Virus record (IMG/VR): IMGVR_UViG_3300035049_000147 | Location: 1 to 28,607 of that record | DNA length: 28,607 bases | DNA from: a virus | Lineage: Duplodnaviria; Caudoviricetes | Strand: one strand, 5' to 3' | Shown here: one piece after another, positions 6,868 to 15,560 of the stretch | Position numbering within the stretch: position 1 is the stretch's first letter | Layout: every line of letters starts with the position of its first letter | Made by a program: the position numbers and the translations under genes | Notes under the pieces: model-generated | Database searches by the model: none | Told to the model about the DNA's origin: nothing | Seen by the model: only the letters and a program-made list of their open reading frames with translations

Positions 6868-8483
6868 TTATCTTCCTTTCTTCTCTTAGGAGTTTTATCA
6901 AGGAAACTCCCTGTAAATGGTCTTCCTTGTTGCAGACATTGTAGAATACAGACCTGTCTTCCAGAACCTCCCTCATCATCTCGAACCATCAATTCATTTA
7001 TTCGTAGGATTCCTAATCTTTTTTCAATTCCTTTTTGATCCTGATTCAATCCATAAAACGCTGTGACGTGACTGTATTTTCGTTTATCCTCACTGAAGTT
7101 TTTCAAATTCAATGTATCTTGATCATAACTATTTGCATCAGCTTGTGTGGCCGTAATAACCAGGCAGTGTCTTTCCTGTGATATTCGCCGGCCGCCTTTC
7201 CATATCTCATTTTGTTTGTGACGAAATTCATTGGTAGGATCTGTCAACAAATCCATGTAATCAATCAGAACAACATCTGGAACGAAATTATCCTGTCGTT
7301 CCCATCGATCCAAAACAGCTCTGATTTCTTTGATAGATAATGTACCATTGTAATACGTACTGAGTTTATATCTACCTCGCTTTCGTTTAATGACTTTTCC
7401 CTTTGGTTTAAAAAATTCCTGGCGGACTCGCTGGGCTTCTTTTGCTGTTAATGGTTTAACTTGTTTGGTTTTTTCAAACCAAACCGACCCTACAAAATCA
7501 GGGCAATTGTACATCCCACATGGTTTGTAATCTTTACCATGTTTATCTATCAGTTCTTCGATAGCTTCATGGGATTTCCCTGCTACACTCTTGATGTAGG
7601 AATAGGCTTGATTAGCTTCCGTTTTTGGATTGATACATCCATACCCTTTTCGTCCCTCCCGATCACACTCATCATTGAAATTACGCCCACAATCTAAGAC
7701 AGGTACTCGGATAGGTTTACAATACTTGGATTTATCTGATTTTTTAGCAAGAGAAATACATATCCTCCGAAGTTGCTGATCTTCCGTCATATCGCCTGCC
7801 TGGAAGAATGCAACATTAGCTCCTTGTCTACAAGCACGAATTGATAAGTCCATCAATATCCATGTCTTGCCTCGTTTTTCAGATCCGAGAAAAGCAATAA
7901 ATCCCCCGCGTATGAGCTGGTGATTTAGGAAGCCACCTAATGGCCCGGGGTAGGTGACAGTAGGCAATTCTGCTAAGGAAAATGCTAATTCTATCCGGGC
8001 ATCCGAGTCGGAACTGGATAGGTCTACGTCATTTTCGGCACCTTCTTCAAGAGGACGATATTCAGAAGCAATAGCTTCCGCCTCTACTAAATCCCCTTGT
8101 GATAACATACCTGTAATCTGATCGGCGAATAGACTCAGATTCCGTTCTCTGAAGTACTGTTTGGTTTGATCCATCAAGTACTGAACATTGAAATGAGTTC
8201 TATCATATTCATCAGATAGATCAGGTAGTATATCTTCTTCGATATCTTCAGCAACTTCTTTATTGAGTCCGGCTTTTAATTTTTGTAGGTAAATCCCCTC
8301 AATATCTTTGCCAGGAGCTTTTTCGTATCTTTCGAAATACTCCATACACCATCCTGCAAGAGTTTGGGCCATGTTGGATTGGAGTATTCGAATATCCCAC
8401 ATTCGAGAAACTTCGCGGATGTAAGTATCAGAAACAATCAGGCCGATCACAATCCGGCGTTCAATATGTTTATCAGGTTTCAT
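6864..8483 (-). CDS. DnaB-like (SF4) replicative helicase
   Basis: Walker A variant GSEKRGKT, VLIDYMD, ITATQA, FSEDKRK; follows the DnaC-like loader. Confidence 0.8.
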   Translation of the reverse strand: MKPDKHIERRIVIGLIVSDTYIREVSRMWDIRILQSNMAQTLAGWCMEYFERYEKAPGKDIEGIYLQKLKAGLNKEVAEDIEEDILPDLSDEYDRTHFNVQYLMDQTKQYFRERNLSLFADQITGMLSQGDLVEAEAIASEYRPLEEGAENDVDLSSSDSDARIELAFSLAELPTVTYPGPLGGFLNHQLIRGGFIAFLGSEKRGKTWILMDLSIRACRQGANVAFFQAGDMTEDQQLRRICISLAKKSDKSKYCKPIRVPVLDCGRNFNDECDREGRKGYGCINPKTEANQAYSYIKSVAGKSHEAIEELIDKHGKDYKPCGMYNCPDFVGSVWFEKTKQVKPLTAKEAQRVRQEFFKPKGKVIKRKRGRYKLSTYYNGTLSIKEIRAVLDRWERQDNFVPDVVLIDYMDLLTDPTNEFRHKQNEIWKGGRRISQERHCLVITATQADANSYDQDTLNLKNFSEDKRKYSHVTAFYGLNQDQKGIEKRLGILRINELMVRDDEGGSGRQVCILQCLQQGRPFTGSFLDKTPKRRKEDK

Positions 8484-8635
8484 TTCCCTATGAGTTCCTT
8501 TCTCCTTTGATATGCTTGTTCAGAAGCCTTTTTCAATTCTCCTTTCCATTTTTTAGTATGCTTGTAATAAAAGGACCATACAAAGAGATTATGGATATAA
8601 CGGATTCGAAATTTTATTTCCTGATATAGATTCAT
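8480..8635 (-). CDS. Small basic hypothetical protein (51 aa)
   Basis: Hand-translated MNLYQEIKFRIRYIHNLFVW...ELIGK*; ATGA overlaps at both ends. Confidence 0.7.
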   Translation of the reverse strand: MNLYQEIKFRIRYIHNLFVWSFYYKHTKKWKGELKKASEQAYQRRKELIGK

Positions 8636-9309
8636 TTCCCAATCCTATAATCTTTATTAGTAAAATGTTTGATTTGGCACATTTCGACTATTCTACTTGG
8701 AATACGATCATCTCCATATTGATGAGCAAGTCCATTCAGATCAGAGTTTGATGTAATGATTGTTAATTTCAGATTCTCATACCGATTATTAATGATCAGA
8801 AGCAATATGTTTAGAACCCAATCCGTTACCTTTTGCCCGCCGATATCATCCAGGATGAGGATATCTGTCTGACTATACTTCTCAATGATTTGCTGAGATG
8901 TTTGTGAATCATTACGATCAAAACTTGCACGGATTTCCTCAAGTAAATTGAGAACATTAACAAACCCACCAGTTATATATGGTATATCATCTAATAAATA
9001 TGATTGTCGTTTCAACTCCATTAAAACGGCAGATGCATAGATAGTTTTTCCAGTACCTGCAGGACCATACAAATACAACCCCTTCTGTACCGGGCTTTTT
9101 TCAAGCTTTATTCGAACGAATTGTAAAACTTTTACAATTCGAGGTGAAAATATCTGAGCAGCTTCTTCCCATTTGATTAGATCCCATTGTTTCTTTTTCA
9201 TACATTCGCGGCAAAGTTCCCGATTATTCGAAATTGGTTGCTTACAGATGAGGCATTGTTTCATATTTGATACGGTTCCTATAAATACTTTGTTTAGAAT
9301 TCGTTTCAC
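8632..9309 (-). CDS. DnaC/IstB-like AAA+ helicase loader
   Basis: N-terminal CxxC..CxxC, GPAGTGKT, LILDDIG, IINNRY, TSN, RIPSRIVEM. Confidence 0.9.
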   Translation of the reverse strand: MKRILNKVFIGTVSNMKQCLICKQPISNNRELCRECMKKKQWDLIKWEEAAQIFSPRIVKVLQFVRIKLEKSPVQKGLYLYGPAGTGKTIYASAVLMELKRQSYLLDDIPYITGGFVNVLNLLEEIRASFDRNDSQTSQQIIEKYSQTDILILDDIGGQKVTDWVLNILLLIINNRYENLKLTIITSNSDLNGLAHQYGDDRIPSRIVEMCQIKHFTNKDYRIGK

Positions 9310-9332
9310 TTTATAATATATTATACTGATTT

Positions 9333-10250
9333 CTACCTATCTTTTTGAGGTTTTTTTTCAGGATCATAAATTTCTCCGGTTGGGTAGGAAATATTATTTG
9401 TGACTTCTCTGGATTGCAGGGTGTGGGTTCCAAAACTGGGTTTTTTCGAAGCGGAATTGTTGGTAATACTTTCTGGGAAAACACCTTGCCAACCATTTTC
9501 CATGGACAGCTCCAACGCTTGCGTTGCTTCCTGAATGGAATATTTAGTTAGCTTTTTTGCTAGCCTTGATGCTGCTACCTTAGTCAATTTGGAACCTTTC
9601 TCTTTTCTATGCTGGATGAAATCTCTGATTGATTCTTGGAAAGATTTATCATTCTTCCATTCTTGTGGAAAGAGATTTAGAATCCAATCAGAATCAGAAA
9701 AATCCTTTTTTTCTTTTTGGTCTTCTTTATAATTAGTCTTCTTTATAATTAGTCTTTTTAGTCTTTTATTACCCTGACTGACGGTTCCCCTGACTGACGG
9801 TTCCCCTGACCCAGGGTTTTCTATGTCAGGCTTTTCCGGTTCTTGGAATTCTTTGTTGAATGGCTCCATCCCATATTTCTTTAGTCTACGCCGGATTCGT
9901 TTCCAATCAAAAGCATTGGCCATATCCACGCAGATCCAGGTGGATCCTTGTATTCTTTTGGTAGGATCTCCAGCCTTGCGATATCTGAGCCGGATCAAAT
10001 ATCCATTCTGTTCCAATTCTCTCAATCCAGATTCGATAGACAATACGCCATCTGTCCCATACTTTTGGATGGTTTTTTTGAATGAAAACCAGCCTTGTTT
10101 ATTGCTGAGGATCAGGGTTAAGATTCCTTTAGCTTTCCAGGACATTTTTGGATTGCGGATTGTATCGTTAGGTACTTTTGTGAAATTATCAGGGGTGTTG
10201 TGGACGATGATATCTGGAAGCCGGTTTCCAGCAGGAGTCGTTCTTTCCAT
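9333..10250 (-). CDS. Phage replication initiator (N-terminal HTH, C-terminal helical domain)
   Basis: NFTKVPN...SWKAKG...GLRELEQNGYL and C-terminal FIQHRKEK...SMENGWQGVF. Start placed at ATG 10250 (RBS GGAGG, TAATG overlap) rather than 10310. Confidence 0.8.
   Translation of the reverse strand: MERTTPAGNRLPDIIVHNTPDNFTKVPNDTIRNPKMSWKAKGILTLILSNKQGWFSFKKTIQKYGTDGVLSIESGLRELEQNGYLIRLRYRKAGDPTKRIQGSTWICVDMANAFDWKRIRRRLKKYGMEPFNKEFQEPEKPDIENPGSGEPSVRGTVSQGNKRLKRLIIKKTNYKEDQKEKKDFSDSDWILNLFPQEWKNDKSFQESIRDFIQHRKEKGSKLTKVAASRLAKKLTKYSIQEATQALELSMENGWQGVFPESITNNSASKKPSFGTHTLQSREVTNNISYPTGEIYDPEKKPQKDR
9720..9810. repeat. Putative replication origin: iterons plus AT-rich repeats inside the initiator gene
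   Basis: GTCTTCTTTATAATTA x2 (9720-9751) and CCCTGACTGACGGTTC x2 plus a partial copy (9772-9810). Confidence 0.7.
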
Positions 10251-10687
10251 TATATCCCCTCCCGATTTATGTTGTTCGCGTGTTTCTGAGCAGCAAGTCT
10301 TTCCAGCCATTCTCTATCTTCTTCGATCAGCACATCTTCCAAGTCTCCGGCAGTCAAATGCCAAGATACCCCAATTATATACTTCCTTCCTGGTCCTGGG
10401 TTGCGGTGGGTTTCTTTTATCAACAGTCCCGCTTCGAGTAATTCATGTATTCCTGAAGAAACGGCATCCCAGCCTTCTTTGGTATGGTCGAGCAGGAATT
10501 CTTTTTTGTTTTTCGTCGGGTCGTTGAATAGTTCTTGGTTGGCTTCGATTAATAGGAACAATCCTTTTGCTTTAAAGGAGATGCCAGAATGTTGTAAAAC
10601 ACGTCTGGAAAGACCGCCATAAAAAAAGGAATCCATAAAAAAGGAATTACGATCTTCATACAATTTAATTTTTGAATCTTGTTTCAT
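10250..10687 (-). CDS. HTH protein paralogous to the initiator N-terminus
   Basis: GISFKAKGLFLLI...KEGWDAVSSGIHELLEAGLL aligns by eye with KMSWKAKGILTLI...TDGVLSIESGLRELEQNGYL. ATG 10687 has RBS GAGGTG. Confidence 0.7.
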   Translation of the reverse strand: MKQDSKIKLYEDRNSFFMDSFFYGGLSRRVLQHSGISFKAKGLFLLIEANQELFNDPTKNKKEFLLDHTKEGWDAVSSGIHELLEAGLLIKETHRNPGPGRKYIIGVSWHLTAGDLEDVLIEEDREWLERLAAQKHANNINREGI

Positions 10688-10741
10688 AAAACACCTCACA
10701 AATTGCTTGGAGGAGGCTTCGATGCTAACCCAAAGAAACCA

Positions 10742-10817
10742 CCATCATGGTTAAAGGAAGAGGGTTTGGGGGATGTGATGGCATCCCCCTTTTAACGGTC
10801 TGGCCGGACCGCACCCC
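10742..10817 (-). ncRNA. Structured leader RNA (two hairpins in a closing stem) upstream of the replication genes
   Basis: GGGGU[GCGGUC-CGGCCA-GACCGU][GGGGGAUG-CCAUCA-CAUCCCCC]ACCCU; loop CCAUCA is complementary to downstream UGAUGG (10742-10747). Confidence 0.55.
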
Positions 10818-10866
10818 TGGAAGATCTATAATATAATATATTATAGGAGAAAAATAAAGGGGTGAT

Positions 10867-11064
10867 TTATATTCCTATATACAGCAATTCATAAATATAA
10901 TCAGGCTCCAATCCAAACCAGTTCATGCAAATATCATAGTCAGGATCTCCATTTGAGATGCTTTCTTCCAAAGCTATTTTTGCATCTCGGATTAGATTCT
11001 GAGCTTCATTTTCTGACATACCATCTCGACTCATCAGGATTTCTTTGATTGTTTTTCTATGCAT
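10867..11064 (-). CDS. Hypothetical phage protein (65 aa)
   Basis: ORF track; ILMSRDGMS...FGLEPDY; fits the operon. Confidence 0.75.
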   Translation of the reverse strand: MHRKTIKEILMSRDGMSENEAQNLIRDAKIALEESISNGDPDYDICMNWFGLEPDYIYELLYIGI

Positions 11065-11065
11065 T

Positions 11066-11986
11066 TTATTCCCTCATAAATTTGCTCATCATTTCGTTGG
11101 CATCTTCCTGTTCCATCCCTCCAGGATCACCAATAATTATCTCCTGCCGCGCTTCCATCCCTCGGAAGTTTAGATCAGCTACTAATTCTTTACCCTTGAT
11201 GATTGCTTGTGGATCATCATCAAACAAGACAATCAATCTTCGATCACCTCCTTTCCTTTTCATTTTACAAATGGCGCGGACTTGCTGAGATAGATATTCA
11301 ATGCCAAATACACAGACGGCTTGTTTTCCCAGCCGCCAGACATCTGTGATTCCCTCAACCACAATGACGGGCTTTGCCCAATTACACTCTGGATGACAAT
11401 ATAAGATATGCTGGTGACAAATTAACTCCCGATCAAGCGGACAGGCTTTGTATTTTGGTTCTACTTTACTCGAAATAGTTCGGCCTTGGAAAGAAACCAC
11501 TTTACCTTCCCAGATAATTGGAGCTATGATCCTCCATTTATAATCGATTCTCCCCAGTTTAGCGATAGGCCCTGTACACAGTATTCCCCAATTTTTTGAA
11601 AGGGAATCTGGCGTGAAATTTCGCGAAGTAAGATATATTTTATGCTGAGGCAATAATTCTTCTGCACCGGATGGGTATTTAAAGGCTTTTCTTCTGATAG
11701 ATATTTTGGTAGTTGGGATCGTAGGCTTCATGCCGACATACTTACGGGCGAGTTCCCGTACCTGGGATTCTGGGGTATTGCTTAATTTGCTGAGGGTTTT
11801 ATAAATAGGGTGTTTTCCACAGCGCCAGCATCGGGCAACTCTGCCGTCGATCGGGATACCTAAATGGTAATTTTGCGACCCCTGGCAAAATGGGCAGTGC
11901 ATATTTACCCATCCAGTAGTACAGTGCTTATTTCCGCTGCTTATAAATTCTATTCCAAGTTGTGAGAGTAATCCGGGTATATCCAT
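11066..11986 (-). CDS. DNA primase (Zn finger + TOPRIM)
   Basis: CPFC...CWRC, RIIAPI...FQGR, PKY, VVEGITD, LFDDD, DPG. Confidence 0.9.
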   Translation of the reverse strand: MDIPGLLSQLGIEFISSGNKHCTTGWVNMHCPFCQGSQNYHLGIPIDGRVARCWRCGKHPIYKTLSKLSNTPESQVRELARKYVGMKPTIPTTKISIRRKAFKYPSGAEELLPQHKIYLTSRNFTPDSLSKNWGILCTGPIAKLGRIDYKWRIIAPIIWEGKVVSFQGRTISSKVEPKYKACPLDRELICHQHILYCHPECNWAKPVIVVEGITDVWRLGKQAVCVFGIEYLSQQVRAICKMKRKGGDRRLIVLFDDDPQAIIKGKELVADLNFRGMEARQEIIIGDPGGMEQEDANEMMSKFMRE

Positions 11987-12001
11987 TTCAGCCTCAGTAT
12001 T

Positions 12002-12112
12002 TTATTTCGTAAGGGTATTTTGATCTGTATTGGCCCATCCTGGACGACAATGTTTATGCCCTGTCGTTTGATAAGGGATATGTAATTGATCAAGAACCGG
12101 TTGTATATTCAT
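12002..12112 (-). pseudogene. Truncated primase N-terminal remnant (36 aa)
   Basis: MNIQPVLDQLHIPYQTTGHKHCRPGWANT versus primase MDIPGLLSQLGIEFISSGNKHCTTGWVNM. Confidence 0.7.
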
Positions 12113-12118
12113 TTTCAA

Positions 12119-12352
12119 CTACTCCTGTTCTATCAATTCCCGGTAAGTTTTCCATTCTTGTATAAATTCTTTTCTTCTTCTGCAAATTTCTTTATCTTTG
12201 CAGTCTATACAAAATACATTGTCCACATATCTACACCCGTTTTTATCAGATACGAATTTTGGAGCAGTGCAACTTTCCGGGGGATTCGGCATATGTCCTC
12301 CTAATTTACTTGGTATTTCTACTTTTTTGTCTTTTCTACGAGTTCTTATCAT
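12119..12352 (-). CDS. Cys-rich hypothetical protein
   Basis: ORF track 12119..12433; likelier start MIRTRRK at 12352, after the sigma stop; C...CRY..N.FCIDC...C. Confidence 0.6.
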   Translation of the reverse strand: MIRTRRKDKKVEIPSKLGGHMPNPPESCTAPKFVSDKNGCRYVDNVFCIDCKDKEICRRRKEFIQEWKTYRELIEQE

Positions 12353-12375
12353 ATTATTCCCTTTCCCAATATGGA

Positions 12376-12846
12376 TTACATTGATCTCAATAATTTCCGC
12401 ATCTCTGTGAAGGTTTTCCATATCTGATCCCATGTCCAGCCTTCCTTTCGAAGTTTGTCCTTGACTTTACCACGGCCTCCGTATCCCAAAAATTCACTTG
12501 GAGATTGAAATATCATCCAGACCAGGTATTTAATTTCTTCAGACCCGTTTTCTATAGCTGATTTGAAAATGATCCGATTTTCATGTGAGGATGAGAATGA
12601 ATCGATGGTTGTTTGGGCATCTTCTGGGCTTTTGAGGTAATATTCATTTTGTTTTTTACAGTAATCTATCAAATGACATTTGATTCGGATGTACATAAAC
12701 GTGGAAAGCCTTGCTTTTTTCGGATCGTATTTAGGTAACCAGGTAGCGTAGGCAAGTGAAGCTTCCCCGATTAAATCGTCAATAGGCAATCCCGTTGTTT
12801 TGTTAAAAGACCAAGCTATTTTTTGTATAAGTTTCATATCTTGCAT
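12376..12846 (-). CDS. Phage-encoded sigma70-family (region 2) factor
   Basis: LIQKIAW...DDLIGEASLAY...YDPKKARLSTFMYIRIKCHLIDYCKK. Confidence 0.75.
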   Translation of the reverse strand: MQDMKLIQKIAWSFNKTTGLPIDDLIGEASLAYATWLPKYDPKKARLSTFMYIRIKCHLIDYCKKQNEYYLKSPEDAQTTIDSFSSSHENRIIFKSAIENGSEEIKYLVWMIFQSPSEFLGYGGRGKVKDKLRKEGWTWDQIWKTFTEMRKLLRSM

Positions 12847-12899
12847 TCTCTTTCCTTCATTAGATAAGCGCCTGACCATTGTTGATCAGGCGCAAATTA

Positions 12900-15560
12900 T
12901 TATGATTTTGAATACTGTTCCATCAATTCCCCAAGTAGATTCGTAGATTCGGTTTCAATCCCATCCAAGACTTGATCGAGGACTTTCCTCTTGTCATCTA
13001 TCAGTTTGGCTGTTGTTTCTTCAATAGTTCCGGTTGAAAGGAGAAAATAGATATTAACGCTATATTTTTGTCCGATTCTGTGACACCGGTCTTCCGCTTG
13101 TGCAATTTCCGAGGGAGACCAGGGTAATTCTGCAAACGCTACCGAGCTGGCTGCTGTGAGCGTAAGCCCGACCCCCGCAGCATTGATGTTCCCTACGAAT
13201 ACTCGACATCGTGGATTATTTTGAAACGTATCTACAGCGACCTGCCGGTTATCCTGGCTGACAGATCCATCTACTTTGACGGGACTGTAATCGGCCAGTT
13301 CGTTCATCAGGCGGTCAATGGTCTTCTTGTGGACGGCAAAGACAACCAATTTGCCATTGGTGTCCAAGTGGTCCTTGATCCAATCAATCGCTTGAGTCAT
13401 CTTCCCTTCAGCTGCAAGCTGCTTGAGGGCTGAGATCTTCGCCAGGGCTTCGGCATTCCCGGCTTTCTCAGCTGCCGCCAGGCCCTTTTCCCGCTTTACC
13501 CATCCAATGAAATCCGCCTCAACAACCTTGTATTTCTTCCTGTTGTTGATTTCCATAGGAACAAACGACCGGACCTTGGCTGGTAGGTCCTTCAGAACAT
13601 CAGCTTTTTTCCTGCGAATCATAACAGTACTCGTCAGTTTTTCGTGGAGTTTTGCTATGTTGGATGCTCCATTGAAATCCCACCCCCAACCATTGTATTT
13701 CCCATCGCAATATCTTTTTCCGAATGCTGTCCAGGTTCCAACCGCCCCCGGATCAATCATTTTAACAGCATTGTATATCTCCGCTGGTCGGTTTTCGATA
13801 GGTGTTCCGGACAATCCTATGATATGAGGGGTTGATTTGGCAAGGTTTGTGACCGCTTTGGTTCTCTGAGTGCCTTTATTTTTGATCTTGTGCACCTCGT
13901 CCAGCACCAGGACTTGTGGCTTGATTGCTTTCAAAGCCTTTACCCATGCCCCGATGATGTCATAGTTGATAATAATGATTTCGCCTACTATCGGGGTATT
14001 GGCTTTCTTCCCGGACAGGATCTGGACTTTCGGGTTACTTATCCACATTGAACATTCACGTTCCCAGTTCAATTTCAGACTGGCGGGAACGACAATCACA
14101 ACTGGACGTTTTTCCGGATGCAGCTGAAGCCATGCCAGGGACTGTGCGGTTTTACCGAGTCCCATCTCTGATGCGATTAAACATCTCCCTTGCAAAGCTT
14201 CAACTTTCATCACGTCCTCTAATTGAAAATGGTATAAAGCCCGTTGAATACCATCAATTTTTAAGAACGTTTGCAATGCTTTAAGCGTATTACAGTCCAT
14301 CCAAGGCTTTTCAGTACCGCATCCCTTTTCTTGTCCAGTCGTTGTTGTTCCATCGGAAGGTGGCATACTCCGTCCAGTTCTATCACTATTTTGTCTTCTG
14401 GATGGGCAAAGTCGGCTTTGTATGCATTCGCAACATGCTTGTACTTGGTCTGATGCCCTTTTGTTGGGATTGGATATTCCCTTATGTATCCACATTTGGT
14501 TAATAATTTGTTTGCAATTTTCACTATCAAAGTCATCTCTTGGCCGTTCCCTCCTCTGAAGTTGATCCCATGAATTGCTCGGGCTTTTTCCAATCCTTTC
14601 AAATGCTTTTTCCTGATTTCTGGTCGATGCATCGCTTCCGTCGTGTTCTTGGATACTTTTTCCCGTCATTCTGGATCGTCGGCAATTTTCCTCAGTGTTT
14701 CGGTTGCTTTCAGTCTGGCTTCTGGTTGACGTCCTTTTGCTAAATTCTTCTTGGCGGCTTTTAACTGATTTGTTGTGCGTGGGTAAACTCCTCTGGGCAT
14801 AGTCTTCTCCTATGTTTTGGTTATTATTCCAAACCCCATTATATAATGGGCATAGGGAAAAATCAATATTCATGAGTGGTTTTATTTTAGTCTCTATCGG
14901 TTCTGTTGATTTTTCCATGTATTCCATCAAGGTCAAGTCCATCTGGAATCCAATTTCTTGCAGCTGTTCTACCGTTTCTATCGATAAAGGAGCTGTCCAG
15001 TATTTGTTTTGGCCTTCATTATGAAAGCGCCGCCCGGGAAGCAATTTGACTTTGTATAGAATTTCCTGACTAAAAGGAAATTCTATTTTGATTAGCGGCG
15101 GAGAAGAATCAATCAGGGAGGCTTTCTTTATTTGTTTCTTCGGTTTTTTTAACATCGGATGATCTGCGGGCGGATGAATATCCTCAGTGGTTTCCATCGT
15201 TTCTTTAATGATGGATTTAGGAAACCATCCTTCCACTTTGATATCTATTATTGCTTTGGTTATAGCGTCCGCATTTTCTTTACTGTACCCGCCTATCAAA
15301 TCCCAATCATGAAAATGTTTTCCGCATTCAGGTCCAACTCCCACGGAAATAGAAACAGGATGAGTTAGTCTCCAGCCGCATATACAGCAGACGCCCTCAC
15401 GTTTGGTTTCTACTGTACCATGACCATATAAGTATACAGCTTTTGGGGTTTGTTTAATCACTTTTGCAATAAAGTATACGGGGGCTTTTTTACTACGCGC
15501 GAAGGTTGAATTGATCTTGAAAATTTTGACGGTTCCATTAGGAAGCTCCATTTCTATCAT
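12900..15560 (-). CDS. SNF2-family (SMARCAL1/ZRANB3-like) helicase with N-terminal Zn finger and HARP-like domain; contains a 203-codon insertion
   Basis: CCICGWRLTHPVS...GPECG; FPFSQE..LPGRRF..W; EMGLGKT, VPASLKLNW, LDEVH, LSGTP, GVGLTLT, QAEDRCHRIGQ. Confidence 0.9.
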   Translation of the reverse strand: MIEMELPNGTVKIFKINSTFARSKKAPVYFIAKVIKQTPKAVYLYGHGTVETKREGVCCICGWRLTHPVSISVGVGPECGKHFHDWDLIGGYSKENADAITKAIIDIKVEGWFPKSIIKETMETTEDIHPPADHPMLKKPKKQIKKASLIDSSPPLIKIEFPFSQEILYKVKLLPGRRFHNEGQNKYWTAPLSIETVEQLQEIGFQMDLTLMEYMEKSTEPIETKIKPLMNIDFSLCPLYNGVWNNNQNIGEDYAQRSLPTHNKSVKSRQEEFSKRTSTRSQTESNRNTEENCRRSRMTGKSIQEHDGSDASTRNQEKAFERIGKSPSNSWDQLQRRERPRDDFDSENCKQIINQMWIHKGISNPNKRASDQVQACCECIQSRLCPSRRQNSDRTGRSMPPSDGTTTTGQEKGCGTEKPWMDCNTLKALQTFLKIDGIQRALYHFQLEDVMKVEALQGRCLIASEMGLGKTAQSLAWLQLHPEKRPVVIVVPASLKLNWERECSMWISNPKVQILSGKKANTPIVGEIIIINYDIIGAWVKALKAIKPQVLVLDEVHKIKNKGTQRTKAVTNLAKSTPHIIGLSGTPIENRPAEIYNAVKMIDPGAVGTWTAFGKRYCDGKYNGWGWDFNGASNIAKLHEKLTSTVMIRRKKADVLKDLPAKVRSFVPMEINNRKKYKVVEADFIGWVKREKGLAAAEKAGNAEALAKISALKQLAAEGKMTQAIDWIKDHLDTNGKLVVFAVHKKTIDRLMNELADYSPVKVDGSVSQDNRQVAVDTFQNNPRCRVFVGNINAAGVGLTLTAASSVAFAELPWSPSEIAQAEDRCHRIGQKYSVNIYFLLSTGTIEETTAKLIDDKRKVLDQVLDGIETESTNLLGELMEQYSKS
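14261..14800 (-). pseudogene. Putative homing endonuclease (basic N-terminus + DUF559/Vsr-like PD-(D/E)XK domain), internal TGA at codon 45
   Basis: RBS GGAGAA, MPRGVYPRT...DDPE*REKVSK...REYPI...YKADFAHPEDKIVIELDGVCH...DKKRDAVLKSLGWTVIR. Same strand as the helicase, different frame. Confidence 0.8.
14838..14866 (-). promoter_or_regulatory. Internal sigma70 promoter for the endonuclease
   Basis: TTGATT-17 bp-TATAAT, about 40 bp upstream of ATG 14800. Confidence 0.75.

Larger units (their letters stand above)
14253..14867 (-). mobile_element. 609-bp endonuclease cassette inserted in the helicase gene, flanked by ATTGAT direct repeats
   Basis: ATTGAT at 14862-14867 and 14253-14258 (609 bp apart, multiple of 3). 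Removal joins PLMNID to GIQRALYHFQ. Confidence 0.7.

Noticed and set aside
9720-9810. CRISPR-like array
   Set aside because: Repeats are directly tandem with no spacers and lie within a CDS; they fit iterons.
9823-10527. 234-aa plus-strand ORF and other antisense ORFs in the track
   Set aside because: They are antisense shadows of well-supported genes and show no recognisable motifs.
1879-14668. Genome-wide stop-codon reassignment (TAG=Gln or TGA=Trp) suggested by two internal stops
   Set aside because: TAG ends the ThyX-like, portal and scaffold genes at plausible termini, TGA forms many ATGA overlaps, and other long genes have no internal stops.
14253-14867. Intein or group I intron explanation for the helicase insert
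   Set aside because: No C-terminal HN followed by C/S/T in the helicase frame, and the promoter plus ORF fill the insert, leaving no room for a ribozyme core. Not tested computationally.
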